DNA of 64,000 nt. Origin: an uncultured Gemmatimonadales bacterium. Lineage in GTDB: Bacteria > Gemmatimonadota > Gemmatimonadetes > Gemmatimonadales > GWC2-71-9. Made by a program: the position numbers and the translations under genes. The first letter of the stretch is position 1, and each line of letters opens with the position of its first letter. Below, in pieces: positions 18,885-28,457 of this stretch. Under the pieces are notes generated by a model. The model searched no databases and was not told the DNA's origin. It saw nothing but the letters and a program-made list of their open reading frames with translations. Location of the stretch: assembly GCA_963844035.1 (NCBI GenBank), contig CAWJMT010000035.1:1-64000 (forward strand). Reading direction: 5' to 3'.

Positions 18885-18972
18885 GCGTATCAAGCGCGTG
18901 AAGCTGCCGGCGCGGTCTCCGCGGGGTGGAATTGCGTTCTGTGCGTCCGTACTGCATCTGGTGGAGCGGTTG
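18885..18972 (+). repeat. Degenerate attC (left two-thirds)
   Basis: caagcgcgtgaagctgccggcgcgg...gaattgcgttctgtgcg...gtggagcggttg. Confidence 0.8.
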
Positions 18973-19369
18973 TGGTGAAATCGGGAGACAGCGCTGGTCT
19001 TGAGGGGGCAGTGGCGCCGAGCCGTCCCGGTTCGAGTTCGGGCCAGGGCATGTCTCGGAAGGTTATCCCCAGGTGGCGCTCAGGGGATGCCGCTTCCCAT
19101 CCTGTAGCCCCAATCGAAGCACACGCCAGCATTGGACGCGAAGCACTCGAACTGCGCGATGAGGACCGAGTAGTAGGGCGACGCATCAGTTGGTTGCCGA
19201 TACCGATTCCAGCCGGCGAACGGCTTGTCGGACCTCCAATAACACTCCGTGCCGTAGAGAGACGGATAGTAGGACACGAGCGCCCCGCCCGTCACGCAAG
19301 TTCCGAGATTGATGAAATTGACTAGCACGCTGCCAACGTTGTACATCGATGACCATCGGACGCGCACGG

Positions 19370-19535
19370 CGGAGGCAGATGTCCCGTCGCACACCTCGAA
19401 GGCTGCCCCGTTTTCACACGCCGCTCGTGAATCGGAGCGTGCGAAAGACCTCGACGGTGCCTCGGCATCGCGAGGTCGACGAGTTTCTGGCCCGCAAGAT
19501 CTGTCGCGATCTTGAAGTTCCTGAAGCGCTCCGAC
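19370..19535 (+). pseudogene. hicA: HicA-family toxin remnant
   Basis: VNRSVRKTSTVPRHREVDEFLARKICRDLEVPE; VAHLEGC in another frame; no intact N-terminus. Confidence 0.7.
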
Positions 19536-19662
19536 GCCTAACAAGCGCGTGAAGCTGGCGGCGCGGCCCTCACGAGGTAGAATTGCGTTTGTGCGCCCGT
19601 CTGCATCTGTGGATCGGTTGATCATCGGCGTGCCCGGCGGGGCGGGGCGCCGCAGCTTACGC
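19536..19662 (+). repeat. attC site lacking R' end (main family)
   Basis: gcctaacaagcgcgtgaagctg ... gcagcttacgc, no gttrrry. Confidence 0.88.
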
Positions 19663-19679
19663 CGCCTCTCGCGCGCCGC

Positions 19680-20219
19680 GTGAGAGCGTTCGTCGCCGCG
19701 CTCTGCGCGCTCCCCTGGCTTGCAGCGCAGGCCGACGAGCTCTCCATCTTCAAGACCTGGCTCGATCGCGAGCATCCCGGCTACCACTCCGACGAAGGGC
19801 CCGCGCCGTTCCGCAACAAGACCGTCGAGGCCGCGTATCCTGGGGTGCACTTCTACTACGTGCTCACCTACCCGCGGGGGATCCCGCCACCGTACCGCAA
19901 CATGCTGACGCTCGTCGCCCAAGTGGACGAGCACGGCGCCGTGCTGCCGGTTCGCGCAATGGAGACGTTTCGGCGCGGCCTTCGCCCGGTGAAGACTAAG
20001 GAAGACGCGCCCAAGGTGGCCGCCGCCGTCCTCATCCTCGCATTCAGCGATCCGGGACAGCGGCGCTGGCCGTTCGTGCCCGAGAAATTCGTCGTGAAGC
20101 GGAAGAGCGGCGGCTGGGTTTGCACCTATTCCACCGGCTTTGGGTACGAGTCGGTCGTCACCTTCGACAAACATGGGACGCTCGTGTCCTTTAGCGCGAA
20201 CGCCCCGCCTGTGGGCTAG
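19680..20219 (+). CDS. Hypothetical secreted protein
   Basis: Signal peptide (LAAQA), plausible codon usage. Confidence 0.65.
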   Translation: MRAFVAALCALPWLAAQADELSIFKTWLDREHPGYHSDEGPAPFRNKTVEAAYPGVHFYYVLTYPRGIPPPYRNMLTLVAQVDEHGAVLPVRAMETFRRGLRPVKTKEDAPKVAAAVLILAFSDPGQRRWPFVPEKFVVKRKSGGWVCTYSTGFGYESVVTFDKHGTLVSFSANAPPVG

Positions 20220-20239
20220 GCGACGCAGACCTCTAAAAC

Positions 20240-20524
20240 ATGCCTGCGTACTTCAGCGTTCATCGGGTCTTTCACCTCACCGGCACAGGGCCAGTCGTCG
20301 CGGGCCATATTCTCGACGGCGTCATTCGATCCGGGATGCTTGCTGCCATCGATGATCGTCCGGACCTCGGTCCGTGGCGGATCGGGGACGTGGGTTTTGC
20401 CGACAACGTCTCCCAGGCCAAGCGTTACGTGCTGCTCACGTTCCCGACTGTCCTATTGGTGGATGATCTGTGCAACGCACTGCCCCCTGGAAGCGTTTTG
20501 ACGATCAACAACCCTGATCCATAA
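20240..20524 (+). CDS. Small protein resembling the EF-Tu domain-II beta-barrel
   Basis: FSVHRVFHLTGTGPVVAGHILDGVIRSG. Confidence 0.5.
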   Translation: MPAYFSVHRVFHLTGTGPVVAGHILDGVIRSGMLAAIDDRPDLGPWRIGDVGFADNVSQAKRYVLLTFPTVLLVDDLCNALPPGSVLTINNPDP

Positions 20525-20612
20525 CGCCATGCCATCAAAGACAGGCTGGAAGGCGCGGATGCCAGCGCCTTCGATCGAGTCTTTGTGGCGATGGGGTTCG
20601 CTACGGGGGCCC

Positions 20613-21164
20613 ATGAGACCGCTGCGATACTCGATCAACGTCACCCTCGACGGGTGCTGCGATCACCGGGTGGGGATCGCGGACGAAGAGTTGCACTCCC
20701 ATGCCGTCGTCAATCTCGAACGAGCCGATGCGCTGCTGTTTGGCCGCGTGACCTACGAGATGATGGAGGCTGCGTTTCGGCCGTCGGAGCGGACGGGAGC
20801 GCTACTTGATTGGATGGTCCCCTTCGCCCGGAAGATCGACGCGGCAAGGAAGTACGTCGTGTCGAGCACCCTGGACCGGGTCGATTGGAACGCGGAGCTC
20901 GTGCGGGGGGACCTGGGGAAAGCCGTTCAGCAGCTCAAGCGTGAGCCGGGCAAAGGCCTGCTCGTGGGAGGCGTGAAGCTCCCGCTGGCTTTGGCGAGCC
21001 TGGGATTGATCGATGAGTACGAGTTTGTCGTGCACCCCATCCTGGCGGGCCGAGGGCCGACGTTGTTCGCTGGCTTGAGCGAGCGGATCGATCTGCGGCT
21101 CGTGGGCCGCCAGCAGTTCCGGTCGGGGGCGGTGGTTCTGCGTTACCAGCCCGCGAAGCTGTAA
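20613..21164 (+). CDS. Dihydrofolate reductase/RibD-C family protein
   Basis: YSINVTLDGCCDH, LLFGRVTYEMM, GLIDEYEFVVHP. Confidence 0.9.
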   Translation: MRPLRYSINVTLDGCCDHRVGIADEELHSHAVVNLERADALLFGRVTYEMMEAAFRPSERTGALLDWMVPFARKIDAARKYVVSSTLDRVDWNAELVRGDLGKAVQQLKREPGKGLLVGGVKLPLALASLGLIDEYEFVVHPILAGRGPTLFAGLSERIDLRLVGRQQFRSGAVVLRYQPAKL

Positions 21165-21988
21165 TGCGCGACTTGTCGAAACGGTTGCGCGGCGGCGATT
21201 TCCGCCACGCCGTCGAGGCGGTGGCGGCGTTGCGTCACTTGGACCCGGCGACCGGCGCGGACCTCGTCCCTTCGATCGACCCGAAGGACGAGCAGCGGGC
21301 ATTCCAGCTTCTGATCGCGCAACTGGTGGCCGTCGGCGGCGTGCACCACCTGGCGGCGCGGTGGCGCGACTTGCCGTCGCCGCAATGGCGCGAAATGCTG
21401 GTGAGCGAGATCGGCCAGGCCTTTCACCTGTGGGTCGACGAAGGCACCATCGAGCTGTTGCTCGCCGCGCTTGACGATCCGGACGACAACGTTGCGCGAC
21501 GGGCCGTGAAGCTGCTCACGGGCTGCCTCCGCGAGCCACCGGCCAAGGAGCGCAAGGAAATCGCGAAGACGCTTCGCGGCAAGGCAGCGCTCAAGGCGTG
21601 GGACCAGGCCGCCGCATGGATGACTCCGGCGCGGCGTGCCCGGGTCGCCAAGGCCGTGACCGCCGCGCTCGATCGCTGCGCCGACAATCCGCAGGCGCTG
21701 ACTTGGCCGGACGACTACATCGAGCTCCTCGGCCACAGCGCGACCTGCACTGACCAGCACGCCATCGCACTGCTGGAGGGGTTTCGCAAGATGGCAGGCG
21801 AGACGCGCGGCTCCGAATTCGAGGCGCTCGATCCCGAAAACCTGCCGTGGCCCACGTCAATTCTCGCGAAAAAGAAGGGCATCCCGCCCGGTACGCCGTT
21901 CGTTCGCGTCCGGTCCATACCCACCGGTCTCCTCGACCTCAAGGGGCTGGAGGACGCCATCGAGCGCATTCGACGCCGCGAGGTTTGA
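21164..21988 (+). CDS. Helical (HEAT-like) hypothetical protein
   Basis: LLAALDDPDDNVARRAVKLL; start overlaps the upstream stop. Confidence 0.65.
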   Translation: MRDLSKRLRGGDFRHAVEAVAALRHLDPATGADLVPSIDPKDEQRAFQLLIAQLVAVGGVHHLAARWRDLPSPQWREMLVSEIGQAFHLWVDEGTIELLLAALDDPDDNVARRAVKLLTGCLREPPAKERKEIAKTLRGKAALKAWDQAAAWMTPARRARVAKAVTAALDRCADNPQALTWPDDYIELLGHSATCTDQHAIALLEGFRKMAGETRGSEFEALDPENLPWPTSILAKKKGIPPGTPFVRVRSIPTGLLDLKGLEDAIERIRRREV

Positions 21989-21993
21989 CCACC

Positions 21994-22293
21994 ATGCGCA
22001 AACTCATTGTCTGCAACATCATCTCGCTTGACGGCTGCTTTTCCGGCCCGGGTGGGAACGTCATGGTCATGCCGTTCGACAACGGCTTCTCGGATTACAA
22101 CGCGGAACGGCTCCGGGTCACGCTCTCTGGATGGTTCTTCCTCACGCTTGGACTCTTCCCCATGTTTGCCGTAGGACTTTGCCAACGAGGGCCCGGACAA
22201 ACGAGCGCGACCGTGTTCATGGTGCTGGAAGGTGTCTTGCTGGTCCTTGGACTGGTGATGACCTTCCAGGCTTATCGTCGCGAGGTTGTGTAG
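21994..22293 (+). pseudogene. Chimeric ORF: RibD-C/DHFR N-terminus fused to a membrane-protein tail
   Basis: MRKLIVCNIISLDGCFSGPGG..YNAERLR followed abruptly by two TM helices. Confidence 0.55.
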
Positions 22294-22313
22294 CAACCCA
22301 TCACGGAGCAATC

Positions 22314-23117
22314 ATGCGCTGGATCCCCGGTAGCCGAAGCGAAAACCTCGAGGACCGCCGCGGCCAACGATTCGGCGGTTTCGGCCGACTTGGTCTGGGA
22401 GGCGCGGTCATCGTCGTGGTTCTCAGCCTCGTGTTTGGGCGTGACTTCACCGGAATCTTGACTGACGGCGGGGAAGTCGGCTCCCAGTCCGCTCCGGACG
22501 GGTCCGCGGCACCAGTCCAGTCCACGCCCCAGGAAGAACGGCTCGTCGACTTCGTCTCGTTCGTGCTGGACAGCGCGCAGGCCACCTGGGCCCGGATCCT
22601 GCCGCAGCAAGGCGCCCGCTATCGCCCCGCGAAACTCGTGCTGTTCCGCGATGCGGTGCAGTCCGCCTGCGGGTTCGGCCAGGCCGCCAGTGGGCCGTTC
22701 TACTGTCCTGGCGACGAAAAGGTGTACATCGACCTCGGCTTCTTCGAGGAGCTCAAAACCCGCTTCGGCGCCCCTGGCGATTTTGCCCAGGCCTACGTTC
22801 TCGCCCATGAGCTCGGCCACCACGTCCAGAACCTGCGCGGCACCATGGGCGCGGCGCGCGACAACCAACAGTCCGTCCAGATCGAGCTGCAGGCCGACTG
22901 CCTTGCGGGCGTCTGGGGCTACCACGCGTCCCGGCAGAACCTGCTCGAGCCCGGTGACGTGGAAGAGGGCATGGGTGCCGCAGCGGCGGTCGGCGATGAT
23001 CGAGTGACCGGCGGCCGCGTGAGCCCCGAGAACTTCACCCACGGCTCGTCCGCCCAACGCATCGCCGCGTTCCGGCGCGGGCTCACGTCCGGCCGCGTAG
23101 CTGACTGCGGCCCCTAG
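22314..23117 (+). CDS. Neutral zinc metallopeptidase (YpfJ-like), copy 1
   Basis: SENLEDRRG, GPFYCPGD, YVLAHELGHHVQ, ELQADCLAG, FTHGSS. Confidence 0.92.
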   Translation: MRWIPGSRSENLEDRRGQRFGGFGRLGLGGAVIVVVLSLVFGRDFTGILTDGGEVGSQSAPDGSAAPVQSTPQEERLVDFVSFVLDSAQATWARILPQQGARYRPAKLVLFRDAVQSACGFGQAASGPFYCPGDEKVYIDLGFFEELKTRFGAPGDFAQAYVLAHELGHHVQNLRGTMGAARDNQQSVQIELQADCLAGVWGYHASRQNLLEPGDVEEGMGAAAAVGDDRVTGGRVSPENFTHGSSAQRIAAFRRGLTSGRVADCGP

Positions 23118-23138
23118 AGGTGAAGGATTCATGATCTC

Positions 23139-24653
23139 ATGGTGACCCGGTGGCGTGCTCTGCTCCTCGGCGCCGTGGTGGCGCTCACGGCGTGCGGTCG
23201 CGACAAGCCGGCAGCGCAACAGGCGCCAATCGAGGAGGCCGAGGCTCCACTCCCGCCCTCCGACATCGAAACCCAGCTCCCGGCTTCGGTGCGCGAGGCG
23301 GTGCTGAGACCGTTTACCGGCGACGTCGACGAGCTCGTCAAGCTGCGGGTCGTGCGGGTCGGCGTGGCGTTCAATCGCACGTTCTATTACGTCGACAAGG
23401 GCGTGCCACGCGGCATCGCGTATGAGTACGGCCAGCTCATGGAGGCACGGCTCAACCAGCACTTCCACACCGGCAACAGCAACAAGATCCACGTGGTCTT
23501 CCTGCCGCTGCCGCGCGAAATGCTGCTGTCGGCGCTCATCGAGGGCAAGGTGGACCTGGTCGCGGCGCAACTCCCCGTGACGCCCGAGCTGCAGCAGCAC
23601 GTCGCCTTCAGCGATCCCACCCGGACGAACGTCCACCAGATCGTGGTCACCGGCCCCGGGGAGGGCGCGCCGGCGATCCGCACCATCGAGGACCTGTCGG
23701 GCAAAGAAGTGTTCGCCCGCGAATTCGGCGGCTATTCCCAGAGCCTGCAGGCGCTCAACGAGCTATTCAAATCCCACGGCAGGCCGCCGGTGGTGATCCG
23801 GCAGGCCCCGGCGAACCTGGAGGACGACGACCTGCTCGAGATGGTGAACGCCGGCCTGATCCCGGCCGTCGTGGTCGACGACTATCTCGCCGCTTTCTGG
23901 AAGAAAGTGTTTCGGAAACTCGTCGTCCACGACAGCATCACGCTGCACTCCGGCGGGACGCTCGCGATCGCCGTGCGCAAGAACAACCCGCACCTGCTCG
24001 CGGCGCTGAACACGTTCATGGGGAAGTACGGGTTGGGCACGCCCTTTGGGGATCGGGTCAACCGGGACTACCTCGTCAACGCGAGCTACGCGAAGAGCGC
24101 CACGTCTGTGAGGGAGCGCAAGGCGTTCCTGGCGGTCGTGGCGCTGTTTCGGAAGTACAGCGACCGGTACAACATGGATTTCCTGCTGATGGCCGCTCAA
24201 GGATACCAGGAGTCCCGGCTCCGTCAGCACGCCCGGAGCCCGGTCGGTGCCATCGGCATCATGCAAATCATGCCGGAGACCGGCCGGTTATTGAACGTCG
24301 GCGACATCACCCAACTCGAACCGAATATCCATGCCGGCGTCAAGTTTATGAGCGACCTCCGGAACCGGAACTTCGCGAACGAGCCGATGGACGACCTGAA
24401 CAAAGGGCTCTTCAGCTTCGCGGCGTACAACGCGGGACCGACCCGGGTGCGCCGGTTGCGGGAGGAAGCCGAGCAGCGCGGCCTGAACCCCAACGTCTGG
24501 TTTGGAAACGTGGAGCAGATCGCGTCCGAGCGCATTGGGCGCGAGACCGTCACCTACGTCGCCAACATTTTCAAATACTACGTTGCATACCGGCTGGTGA
24601 TGGAGGAGACGGAGCGCCGGGACGCAGCCAAGGCGGCGGTGAAAGCGCAGTAG
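23139..24653 (+). CDS. Lytic transglycosylase F-like lipoprotein (substrate-binding + SLT domains)
   Basis: AAQGYQESRL, GAIGIMQIMP, AAYNAGP, ETVTYVANI. Confidence 0.88.
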   Translation: MVTRWRALLLGAVVALTACGRDKPAAQQAPIEEAEAPLPPSDIETQLPASVREAVLRPFTGDVDELVKLRVVRVGVAFNRTFYYVDKGVPRGIAYEYGQLMEARLNQHFHTGNSNKIHVVFLPLPREMLLSALIEGKVDLVAAQLPVTPELQQHVAFSDPTRTNVHQIVVTGPGEGAPAIRTIEDLSGKEVFAREFGGYSQSLQALNELFKSHGRPPVVIRQAPANLEDDDLLEMVNAGLIPAVVVDDYLAAFWKKVFRKLVVHDSITLHSGGTLAIAVRKNNPHLLAALNTFMGKYGLGTPFGDRVNRDYLVNASYAKSATSVRERKAFLAVVALFRKYSDRYNMDFLLMAAQGYQESRLRQHARSPVGAIGIMQIMPETGRLLNVGDITQLEPNIHAGVKFMSDLRNRNFANEPMDDLNKGLFSFAAYNAGPTRVRRLREEAEQRGLNPNVWFGNVEQIASERIGRETVTYVANIFKYYVAYRLVMEETERRDAAKAAVKAQ

Positions 24654-24719
24654 GATCGTGACGTCCATGGACGCAATCACGCTCGATGATAGTGATGGAG
24701 CCGAGGCGCTGCCCATCTG

Positions 24720-24784
24720 TCGCTCCAGCCCCACACCGCTGCGCTCCCTCTCGCGCCCGCCGCTGAACGCTCCTATCGTTAGGC
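24720..24784 (+). repeat. attC remnant of a different family (right end)
   Basis: cgccgctgaacgctcctatc-gttaggc; continuation gttaggccgcattctc pairs with gagagtgcggcctaac at 25431-25446. Confidence 0.7.
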
Positions 24785-24851
24785 CGCATTCTCCCAACAG
24801 GCGGCATCCCTGATAGACCGTTGGTATCTGCTCCGGGTCAAGACGGCAGGG

Positions 24852-25445
24852 TTGCTCGGAGGTACTAACCTCGGGCAGGAGTTCGACCATACCAATGCCT
24901 GCAGCACGTGCGGTGCCGGGGCGCAGCCTGTCCCTCCGATCCTTGCGGATCTGGCGCGTATGGGCAGCAAGCAGCTCGACGTCACCGCCCACGATGGCCT
25001 GATCATCGTCGCTCGCGACCTGGCCGCGCGGTTCGAGGCAGCCGGTCTGACGGGCTTCAAGTCGTTGCCGGTTCGCGGCCGCTCTCCGAAGGCACCACAC
25101 GACGCATTCAGGCATATCGCCATTTCCAACGTCTGGCCCCCGTTGCATCAGAGCAGCCGACTTGCAACGGAGGACCTCTGCCCGGTCTGTCGCCGTGCTG
25201 GTCATTTTGATATTCACCCAACCGGAACTCAGCTGGTATACTCCGCGCCCCCTCAAGCCGCAACGGATTTCGGTCGCACGTGGGAGTACTTTGGGACCTG
25301 GCATCTCGCAGCTCGTCCTGGAAGGCCTCCGGTTGGCGGCCACCAGTTTGTCATCGTCTCGGAACAGGCACGCGCCCTGCTCGGCTCGCTGCATCGTCGT
25401 CACCTCGCATTCGAGCCTGTGGTGATCAGAGAGAGTGCGGCCTAA
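24852..25445 (+). CDS. Cassette-encoded double-CxxC protein (immunity-protein-like)
   Basis: CSTCG and CPVC; stop inside the R'' gcctaac; true start uncertain. Confidence 0.6.
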   Translation: MLGGTNLGQEFDHTNACSTCGAGAQPVPPILADLARMGSKQLDVTAHDGLIIVARDLAARFEAAGLTGFKSLPVRGRSPKAPHDAFRHIAISNVWPPLHQSSRLATEDLCPVCRRAGHFDIHPTGTQLVYSAPPQAATDFGRTWEYFGTWHLAARPGRPPVGGHQFVIVSEQARALLGSLHRRHLAFEPVVIRESAA

Positions 25446-25449
25446 CAAG

Positions 25450-26130
25450 GTGAGCGCGACATCGCAGTCCCTGCCGGTGCTCGTTGATGCCCTCGTCAGC
25501 GTAACTCCAGGCAGCGCGGCGGCGGAGCAGCCGCAGCGCGCCATCGAAAGCTTGCTGATGGGTGCCCTAAGGAGCGGTGGACGTTTTGCGGGAGAGGGAC
25601 TGGTCGACTCCTTGGCCGCGCACGGCTACGTGCTCGAGCGACTCGACGCGCTACCCAGCATGTGGCGAGTGGTGATACCGCCACCGCGCGTACTTGAGAT
25701 CTGGTTCACTGGTGGCGACAACCCAGTGGTCGCGGCCGTGTCGTACAGGATCGGTAAGCCCTGGGGGAGCAAGAAGCAAAGGAGCGCGGCGAAGCTTCAG
25801 GCGGCGTTCTACGAGCGGTACGGGCAATTGGCCCTGCAAGGCGGCGCGAAGTCGCCAGAAGAGCGATTGATACAGCTTGTTGGGGACCTGGAGGCGGACG
25901 TCAACAACGGTGGCTTCGATCAGTACCTGCGTAACAAGGGTGAGGAGCGAAGCCGCGAGGCGCTCGCGTCGCTCTCTGCCATTGGTGCAAAACGCACGGC
26001 GCGTTGGTTGGCAGCGGCGCTCGAAGCCGGGGCAGGGGCGGATGCACTTGCGCGCCTCGACGAGCAGTTCAACGCGAAGCCGGAGGACCTGGCATCGCTG
26101 GTAATGACGTACGTCAGGCGGAAGAAGTAG
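25450..26130 (+). CDS. DUF4375/DMP19-domain protein
   Basis: LEADVNNGGFDQYL..ALASLSAIGA. Confidence 0.75.
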   Translation: MSATSQSLPVLVDALVSVTPGSAAAEQPQRAIESLLMGALRSGGRFAGEGLVDSLAAHGYVLERLDALPSMWRVVIPPPRVLEIWFTGGDNPVVAAVSYRIGKPWGSKKQRSAAKLQAAFYERYGQLALQGGAKSPEERLIQLVGDLEADVNNGGFDQYLRNKGEERSREALASLSAIGAKRTARWLAAALEAGAGADALARLDEQFNAKPEDLASLVMTYVRRKK

Positions 26131-26390
26131 AGAGTGGAGAGTGACACATCATCATTGAGTCGACTCTGCGATATCATCGCAACGATGATAACCACCCCAA
26201 CACCCAAGGGAGCACGGCATCCCGCACCAGTAACGGTGTCGCGTCACCGCGACACCTCCTCCGCCCGCCGATTGCGCGCTCAGAGACGCGGAAGTTAGGT
26301 TGGACAAAAGCGACGGCAACCCGCGCCCTGAGGCTCGATGCGCTCCACCGTTCGGGCTTTTTCCCGGCCCTAGCCGGTCACGGAGGTCCT

Positions 26391-26777
26391 ATGAGTCCTC
26401 GCATGAGCATCGCAGTCATCGCCGCAGCCTTCGGCTTCGCCTGCGCCTCGGCCAAGGTCATGACGCTGGACAAGAACGCGACGCGGCCGGCCACGTCTCC
26501 TGATTCTGTGGCCTTGCTGCTCGACGAGCCCGAGCAGCCCTATGCCGCCATCGCGCTCATCGAAGTCAGCGACCAAGGCTGGCGCCTGAGCCTCGCAACC
26601 CTCCGTGACAAGCTCGCCAAGGAAGCTGCCCAGCTTGGAGGGCAGGGGGTGATCGTGACACGTCAGTCGACTCAATCGGGCGCCGTTCTGCTGCCAGTCG
26701 GAGACTCCTGGGTCACGTTCAACACGGAGACAGAGCGACTCGTCGGCAAGGTGATCGTGTTCACAGATTCTCACTGA
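26391..26777 (+). CDS. Hypothetical lipoprotein
   Basis: FAC lipobox; PEQPYAAIA; KEAAQLGGQGVIV. Confidence 0.7.
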   Translation: MSPRMSIAVIAAAFGFACASAKVMTLDKNATRPATSPDSVALLLDEPEQPYAAIALIEVSDQGWRLSLATLRDKLAKEAAQLGGQGVIVTRQSTQSGAVLLPVGDSWVTFNTETERLVGKVIVFTDSH

Positions 26778-26819
26778 AAACCTTGGGCGCGGTCCGTTAG
26801 GCCGCGGCTCGGAGGAATC

Positions 26820-27209
26820 ATGAGACCTTCCAATCGTCTGCTCAGCGTCTTATTCGTGGCATGTTGCTTCGTTGCCCTCGATCTCGAGGCGCAGCGCCTG
26901 GCCGTCGCACCGGAGTTCTCGGCTGCGCACCACGACCTGGTCGCCGCGAACGCACACATGCGTACCGCCGTCGATACGGTTCGCGAGCGGGTCGGCGACT
27001 ACCGCGTCGAGGGCACGGTGTTTGGTGCGCTCTTCTTGGGGGCCCTTGGCACGTGGATGGGAACGGAGGCGTGCAAGTATCAGATGGAGCCCTTGGAACC
27101 GGGTGCGGGTGGCAGCTCGCAGTGCAGTGGCCTCACCGTCGGACTGGCGGGCGCGGCACTGGGTGGTGGCCTTGGGTACGTACTTGGATGGATCATGCCG
27201 AAGTACTGA
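26820..27209 (+). CDS. Cassette-encoded hypothetical membrane protein
   Basis: GGAGG RBS; flanked by gttaggccgcgg (26796) and ccgcggcctgac (27214). Confidence 0.65.
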   Translation: MRPSNRLLSVLFVACCFVALDLEAQRLAVAPEFSAAHHDLVAANAHMRTAVDTVRERVGDYRVEGTVFGALFLGALGTWMGTEACKYQMEPLEPGAGGSSQCSGLTVGLAGAALGGGLGYVLGWIMPKY

Positions 27210-27218
27210 TAGCCCGCG

Positions 27219-27278
27219 GCCTGACGAGCGCGTGAACCTAGCGGCGCGCTCGTGGCGCGGTAGAATTGCGGGTGTGCG
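27219..27278 (+). repeat. Degenerate attC (left part)
   Basis: gcctgacgagcgcgtgaacctagcggcgcg...ggtagaattgcg. Confidence 0.75.
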
Positions 27279-27680
27279 ATCGCTTACATCCGTGAGATTT
27301 CGGAGCGTGAGGTCCGCCTCCTGGCTTGTCCCCATCGTGCTGGGGCTCAGCGGCTCCGCGTGCGGTGAGATCAATGGGTTCTGCCTCACAGCGGGCGCAC
27401 CCACTGGTGTGACCCTGGTGGCGAGGTTCACACCGACGCCCGACGGGAACCGCCTCACCTGCAGCTTGGCCCTCCCGGACTCCGTGCGGCCCTAGCGCTC
27501 CGTCTTCCCACACCGCATTATCAGGCGTCCAGCCAGCCGGTGTCCCAGGAGGGCCCGATGCACCGTTTGCTGCTTGCTGCGCTTGTCGTCGGTCAGATAC
27601 CTGATGCTGGGGATTCTGAACGTCCCTACGCCGCCGCTCTACGGGTTGACGTCAGAAGAAGTCAAAGCCCGGTCTGCCTA

Positions 27681-28457
27681 ATGCGCCTCCCTCGCCGGTT
27701 CCTATCGATCCTACCGACTACGCTCGCGTTTGCGTGTGGAGTTTCGCGTGCTGAATCAGCACGTATGGCACCGCCGACCAACGAGCGGTTCCCTTTGCGG
27801 CATTCTGTGAGCTTGGTTAGCCACGCGGAGACCCTCGCCCTGCGTGCTGCGGCAGATTCGGGCGGAAGAAGGCAAATGGCACTGCGGGTGGAGACGAGCA
27901 ACGACGGCGTCGTCGGTACTATCGACGTCTTCTCGCAAGATTCTTTGTATCAGCACATCACCGCCGTTTTCGATCCACACTCCCTCGAACCCAAGCAAGT
28001 GAGTGAGACCCGGCCGCACTGGCAGGCAAGTCTCACGTACCCGGGTGATCGTGTCCACGGCACCGTCGTGAGGACCAGCGCGACCGGAAGCCCTGACACC
28101 ATCCGCGTCGAGCGCGAACTTGCGGCGGCCGACTTGGACCGCAGAGCGCTTCTTCACGTTACTCCGTGGCTGCCGCTGGACGAGAAACATGCGTTCGCAT
28201 TGCGGATCTACGATGTGGATCTTCTCTACACGTATTCCGTGCTCGTCAAGACCGGCGGTACGGCTCGCATCGTTGTGCCCGCCGGGACGTTCGACGCATA
28301 CCGCGTCGAGGTAATTTCCGCGAGAGGCATGGTTATTCCCCCCAGTCTGATTCCAACTATCGTCTACGTCAGCGCTGACTCGCTGCGCCGTGTTCTGCGG
28401 GTGGAACAACCTGACAGAGGCGTGATCATGGAACTCATCGGCTGGGGGATACTATGA
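27681..28457 (+). CDS. DUF3108-like secreted protein
   Basis: IVVPAGTFDAYRVEV; start uncertain. Confidence 0.6.
   Translation: MRLPRRFLSILPTTLAFACGVSRAESARMAPPTNERFPLRHSVSLVSHAETLALRAAADSGGRRQMALRVETSNDGVVGTIDVFSQDSLYQHITAVFDPHSLEPKQVSETRPHWQASLTYPGDRVHGTVVRTSATGSPDTIRVERELAAADLDRRALLHVTPWLPLDEKHAFALRIYDVDLLYTYSVLVKTGGTARIVVPAGTFDAYRVEVISARGMVIPPSLIPTIVYVSADSLRRVLRVEQPDRGVIMELIGWGIL

Noticed and set aside
8301..19662. attC repeats as a CRISPR array or MITE family
   Set aside because: Units are 100-144 bp, separated by gene-sized inserts, with RYYYAAC/GTTRRRY ends. There are no cas genes or target-site duplications.
26270..26300. gttaggt at ~26294 as an attC right end
   Set aside because: No L' box and no complementary cassette end were found.
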